NCBI GenBank assembly: GCA_963845085.1 | Contig: CAWJQI010000001.1 | Span: 32,001 to 96,000, forward strand | DNA: 64,000 nucleotides | Source: Candidatus Fermentibacterota bacterium | GTDB lineage: Bacteria; Fermentibacterota; Fermentibacteria; Fermentibacterales; JCC-6 | Reading direction: 5' to 3' | Part shown: positions 60,375 through 64,000 of the stretch, in pieces | How the letters are laid out: the number at the start of each line of letters is the position of its first letter | Numbering within the stretch: the stretch's first letter is position 1 | Translations under genes and position numbers: made by a program | The notes under the pieces: model-generated | Database searches by the model: none | Told to the model about the DNA's origin: nothing | What the model saw: the letters and a program-made list of their open reading frames with translations, nothing else

Positions 60375-61535
60375 TTACAGCTTCACGATCCTGAGCGTGG
60401 ATGACCCTGAAGCGTCGGACACCCTCACCAGGTAGGCTCCCTGGGGAGCGGCGGACGCATCCCAGACGAGGCTTCCGTTGAACGGCCCGCAGAGAAGGGC
60501 TCGACCGGAGAGGTCGAACACCTGCAACGTGGCCCCGGAAAAGCCTGTGCCAGTGATCATGACAGAGCCCATGAACGGGTTCTCACCCGCAGCGAGGGTT
60601 CTCTCCTGGACAGGAGCGACTCCGCCCCCGATCCCGGTCAAGTTCTGGATCCACACCCAGACGAAACCGTTGTAGTCGCTCGTGAGCATGTCGGGAAGGC
60701 CGTCTTCGTTCCAGTCATCTATCCAGAGCCTCATGCCGGAGTACTTGGTGGCTATGGAAACGCCGCCGTTGAACAGAGGCGCATCGTTCGTTCCGGTGTT
60801 TTCGTAGTAGTAGACGTTGCTGTTGTCGGCACCGCAGAGCAGGTCCTTCATCCCGTCGCCGTTCATGTCGTATACCTGCGGGCAGTTCCTGTAGTGGGCG
60901 ATCGCGGTTGAACCGCTCTGCACGAGGCTGTAGCTGCTGAACACGGGTGCGGAATCGCTTCCGTCGTTGATGTAGAGCCTGACGTTCCCGGGGCTCTCGT
61001 TCCCCAGGAGCATGTCGAGTTCGCCGTCCTCGTTCCAGTCAACAACCACCGGGGCGGAGTTCGAACCGACATTGATCAATCACACCGGCGCAGTTGATCT
61101 TGGGCATCTGGGTCAGAGTGATTGGGCTGTCGGAGGTTCTGCGGAAATAGTTGACGTAGCCGTTCCGGTCGCCAACGATGATGTCGAGCATGCCGTCGTT
61201 GTTCCAATCCACGACCTGTGGATTCGTCGAGCCGGTGCATCAACCGTAGGGCAGCGTTATGGGGCTGCCGTCGGCGTAAAGAGCGAAGAGGTGTAGAAGA
61301 CGGGGTTCTCGTTGGTTCCCTCGTTCCTGTAGAAATTTATGTTGCCGTTCGTGAACTGCCCCAGCACGAGGTCCTTAAGGCCGTCGCCGTCCCAGTCGAC
61401 CACACATGGTGCGCCGTAGTAGCCCACATCGATGAAGGTCCCGGCGCATGTGAGCTGATAGGATGGCTGCCAGTCCGGCATCCAGGCCATTGCGACAGCT
61501 GCTGCAAGGAGCGTCAGAGTGATCGTTGCCTTCAT
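60375..61535 (-). CDS. Secreted FG-GAP/VCBS-repeat protein with T9SS-like C-terminal domain; in-frame TGA at 61240-61242 plus two indels
   Basis: Signal peptide; repeats VVDWDGDG..DL, VVDWNNDG.LDI, VVDWNEDG.LDM, DMNGDG.KDL, DWNEDG.PDM; tail NPF...VFDLSGR...WD...GAYLVRV. Confidence 0.82.
61206..61224 (-). promoter_or_regulatory. Candidate bacterial SECIS hairpin
   Basis: AAUCCAC-AGGUC-GUGGAUU, with the loop starting 22 nt after the in-frame UGA. Confidence 0.6.
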
Positions 61536-61664
61536 CTGCCCTTCCCTTCCAATGGCGGTTGAGGCTGTAAATGAGTTGCCCGGTTGTGTTTCCGGAAACC
61601 TTGCTGATATATCCGGACTTGCGCTTCCCAAGTCAACGGCAGGAACGAAGGCGGCCGGCGGTTC

Positions 61665-62936
61665 TCACGCCTTGAACGGTATCTCCGCGCTCATGTGCAC
61701 CTTCATGCACTCCATCATCTTCCTGTGGTCAAGCGCCCCGCTGGTTTCCCGTATGGAATGCATGGCCAGCATGGGGTTGCCCACGTCGACGGTCGGAATG
61801 CCCGTTCGTGTAGCCGTGATGGGTCCTATTGTGCTTCCGGCCTGGGAATCGGTTCTGCCCGTGAACTCCTGAAGGGTGACACCCGCCGCCTTTGCGCACC
61901 TGAAGAAGTAGGCCCCCGTCTCCACCCCTGTCGCGTAGTTCTGCATCGCGCTGCGCTTGACAGCGGGTCCGCCGTTCAGCTTCGGCTTCGACTGGGCGCT
62001 GTGCCTGTTCGCCCAGTCGGGATGGACGGCGTGGGCGCAGTCGGCGCTCACCATGACGCTCCGCGAGACAGCCCTGAAGTACTCATCACGGCTCCCGCTC
62101 AGCCGCTCGAGCAGGGTTTCGAGGAAAGGGCCGGCGGCGCCGGCGGTTGTCCTGCTGCCGACCTCCTCGTTGTCGAAGATGATCGCGATGGCCGTCGCTT
62201 CGGGGCTCCCTGCCTGAACCAGCGCGTTGAGCGAGGCATGACAGCTCGCCAGATCGTCGATCCTCGAAGAAACCAGGAAATCCCGGTTGATCCCCGCGAG
62301 CACCGCTGCCTCGAGGCTGACAAGCTCGGCGGAGAAGAACGAAAGTTCGTCCGTTCCAAGCCCGGCGGCGTCGGCAACGGCCTTCCTGAGCGCCGGGTAG
62401 TCGTCGGCCGACGAGAAAATGGGGTGCATTTCGCTTTCGGGATTGGCGCTGAACCCCTTTTTGTTCACCTCGCGGTTCAGATGGATGGCCGGCGAGACTA
62501 TCCTGAGAAATGGCTCGCGGATGTGGTACAGGACCACTCTGCCGTCCCCGGTCACCGCCCTACCGGCAAGCCCCAGGTCCCTGTCGAACCATGTGCTGAA
62601 CAGGGGACCGCCGTAGACCTCGATGCCCAGGGTTGCGAGCCCCTCTCGGTAGGAGAAGGGATCGCTCTTCAGGTGGAGCCCCGGAGCGTCGGTGTGCGCG
62701 CCGGTGATTCGGAAACCCGACTCAGAAGGCTTTTTTCGGCCCGTCACGAAGGCGGCGAGGGTGGACGGCGAGTACATGGTGAAATAGCCCTTTCCGGGGA
62801 CGGTTTTCCATTGATCCCCGGGGTTGAGCCTCTGAAAGCCGTTCTGCTCGAGAAATCCGGCGCTCACCGCTCCCGCGTGGGCGGCTGTGGGACTTTGGTC
62901 GAGGTATGGCAGCAACGATTCCAGAATGGGCTCCAT
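61665..62936 (-). CDS. M18 family aminopeptidase
   Basis: SPT..H, GAHTD, EVYGGPL..WFDRDL, RIDD, DNEEVGS, SADCAHAVHP, AMHSIRE. Confidence 0.93.
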   Translation of the reverse strand: MEPILESLLPYLDQSPTAAHAGAVSAGFLEQNGFQRLNPGDQWKTVPGKGYFTMYSPSTLAAFVTGRKKPSESGFRITGAHTDAPGLHLKSDPFSYREGLATLGIEVYGGPLFSTWFDRDLGLAGRAVTGDGRVVLYHIREPFLRIVSPAIHLNREVNKKGFSANPESEMHPIFSSADDYPALRKAVADAAGLGTDELSFFSAELVSLEAAVLAGINRDFLVSSRIDDLASCHASLNALVQAGSPEATAIAIIFDNEEVGSRTTAGAAGPFLETLLERLSGSRDEYFRAVSRSVMVSADCAHAVHPDWANRHSAQSKPKLNGGPAVKRSAMQNYATGVETGAYFFRCAKAAGVTLQEFTGRTDSQAGSTIGPITATRTGIPTVDVGNPMLAMHSIRETSGALDHRKMMECMKVHMSAEIPFKA

Positions 62937-62937
62937 G

Positions 62938-64000
62938 TCAGTCTCCGTTCTTCTCTGCGTATTTCTTGACCTGAAAGATGAAGGCCTCGAGCCTCGATGA
63001 GTTGTCGGTGTCTTCCTGGCCGTCAAAAGCCAGGTTGAGCCACGGAAGGTCGGGCCTGTCCCTTCTTATCCTTCGTGACACCGCTGTAACAACTGTTCCC
63101 GGCAGACAGCCGAAGGGAAGCACGTTGACCGCCCCCTGAATGCCACCGTGGGTCATCAGGGCGAGCGGCGCGCCGATGCACAGTATTGCCTCGCCGCCGA
63201 TGTTCTCCGGCATGTAGGGCTCGGCAGCCCTGAGCACGGCTTCGGCACCGGCGTGGGGAGTGTCGGCGAAAAGCCTTTCAAAGGGCTTGTCGACGGGGCG
63301 CTTCATCATCGCCATGACTCCGGCCTTGAGTTTTCCGGCAACCACGTTGCCGTTGCGTCCCAGTCTTTTCGACTTCTCGATGAAGCTGAGATTAACGAAT
63401 TCCAGCCACTCGGCAACCGGGCTGTACACAACCTCGGCGCCAAGCGCCTCGATGCGGTCGAGGGTGAAGTCGTTCGCGTAGGGGTCGTTCCTGATGTAGA
63501 TCTCACCGAAAACCGCCACTCTGGGTTTTCTTCGGGTGTCATCCATCGGAATGGCCGAAAAAGCCTTTGCGGCTTCGGCTGCCGCCTTTCCGAGGCTTCC
63601 CCCCTTCTCCGCCCTTTCGCAGACCCTTTCGAGGTGTTCGCCGTAGACCCTGTCCGTCTCGCCCGGGTTCTTCTCGTACGGGCGGATCCTGAGCCTGGCC
63701 CTGTAGAGGTTGTCTACAAGGCTGATCCCCTGATACAGCGTTTTCTGCCTGTTGAACGTTGAGAAACCCTCGACGCTCGAATAGCTGTCGCTGCTGCTGG
63801 ACGTGACAATGGGCACGTTCGGGTACCCCAGCCGTTCAAGGATCATCCCGTGATAGTGGCAGTACTGCCCGAACCGGCATGGTCCGCTTGCCGTTCCCAT
63901 GAAAAACGCGGTTTTCTCCGGAGGGTTGTTCTCAAGTATTTCCATCATGCTGCCCGAGGTGATGATGGCGGGGTAGCACTCCCGGCCGCTGGTGACGCTT
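62938..64000 (-). CDS. CoA-substrate activase / acyl-CoA dehydratase activator-related protein, C-terminal part (5' partial)
   Basis: ECYPA, GPCRFGQY, GEIYIR, PFGCLPG. Confidence 0.8.
   Translation of the reverse strand, partial: SVTSGRECYPAIITSGSMMEILENNPPEKTAFFMGTASGPCRFGQYCHYHGMILERLGYPNVPIVTSSSSDSYSSVEGFSTFNRQKTLYQGISLVDNLYRARLRIRPYEKNPGETDRVYGEHLERVCERAEKGGSLGKAAAEAAKAFSAIPMDDTRRKPRVAVFGEIYIRNDPYANDFTLDRIEALGAEVVYSPVAEWLEFVNLSFIEKSKRLGRNGNVVAGKLKAGVMAMMKRPVDKPFERLFADTPHAGAEAVLRAAEPYMPENIGGEAILCIGAPLALMTHGGIQGAVNVLPFGCLPGTVVTAVSRRIRRDRPDLPWLNLAFDGQEDTDNSSRLEAFIFQVKKYAEKNGD

Noticed and set aside
1..64000. Frameshifted genes as pseudogenes or programmed frameshifts
   Set aside because: Indels also hit catalase, the TonB receptor and the oxidoreductase, with motifs intact on both sides. 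This pattern fits long-read assembly error.

Overview
The window has two parts. Bases ~1-20.2 kb are an accessory/defence island. It holds a type III-like DNA methyltransferase, an integrative-element backbone (serine recombinase, RadC/JAB, RecE-like exonuclease, DUF932) with a two-gene Sel1 cargo, and three IS3 scars. It also holds a six-gene minus-strand operon joining three TIR proteins (one fused to SLOG) with thymine-hypermodification homologues (thymidylate synthase-like, Nmad2, aGPT-PPlase1-like). The operon lies between an integron attC site (14286-14345) and a complementary GTTGGGC core site (20172-20178), so it looks like a single ~5.9 kb gene cassette behind an integrase-less attI/Pc-like platform. 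Bases ~20.3-64 kb are ordinary-looking chromosome of a diderm, probably FCB-superphylum bacterium (inference from TonB receptors and a T9SS-like C-terminal domain). This part includes a B12 riboswitch with a BtuB/BtuG-like pair, a PerR-catalase-peroxiredoxin operon, glycosyltransferases, ABC transporters, two RRM genes, and a secreted FG-GAP protein with an in-frame UGA-Cys and a SECIS-like hairpin (candidate selenoprotein). Many genes, including housekeeping ones, carry single-base frameshifts; I read these as assembly errors. All family calls come from recognising motifs by eye, not from database searches.
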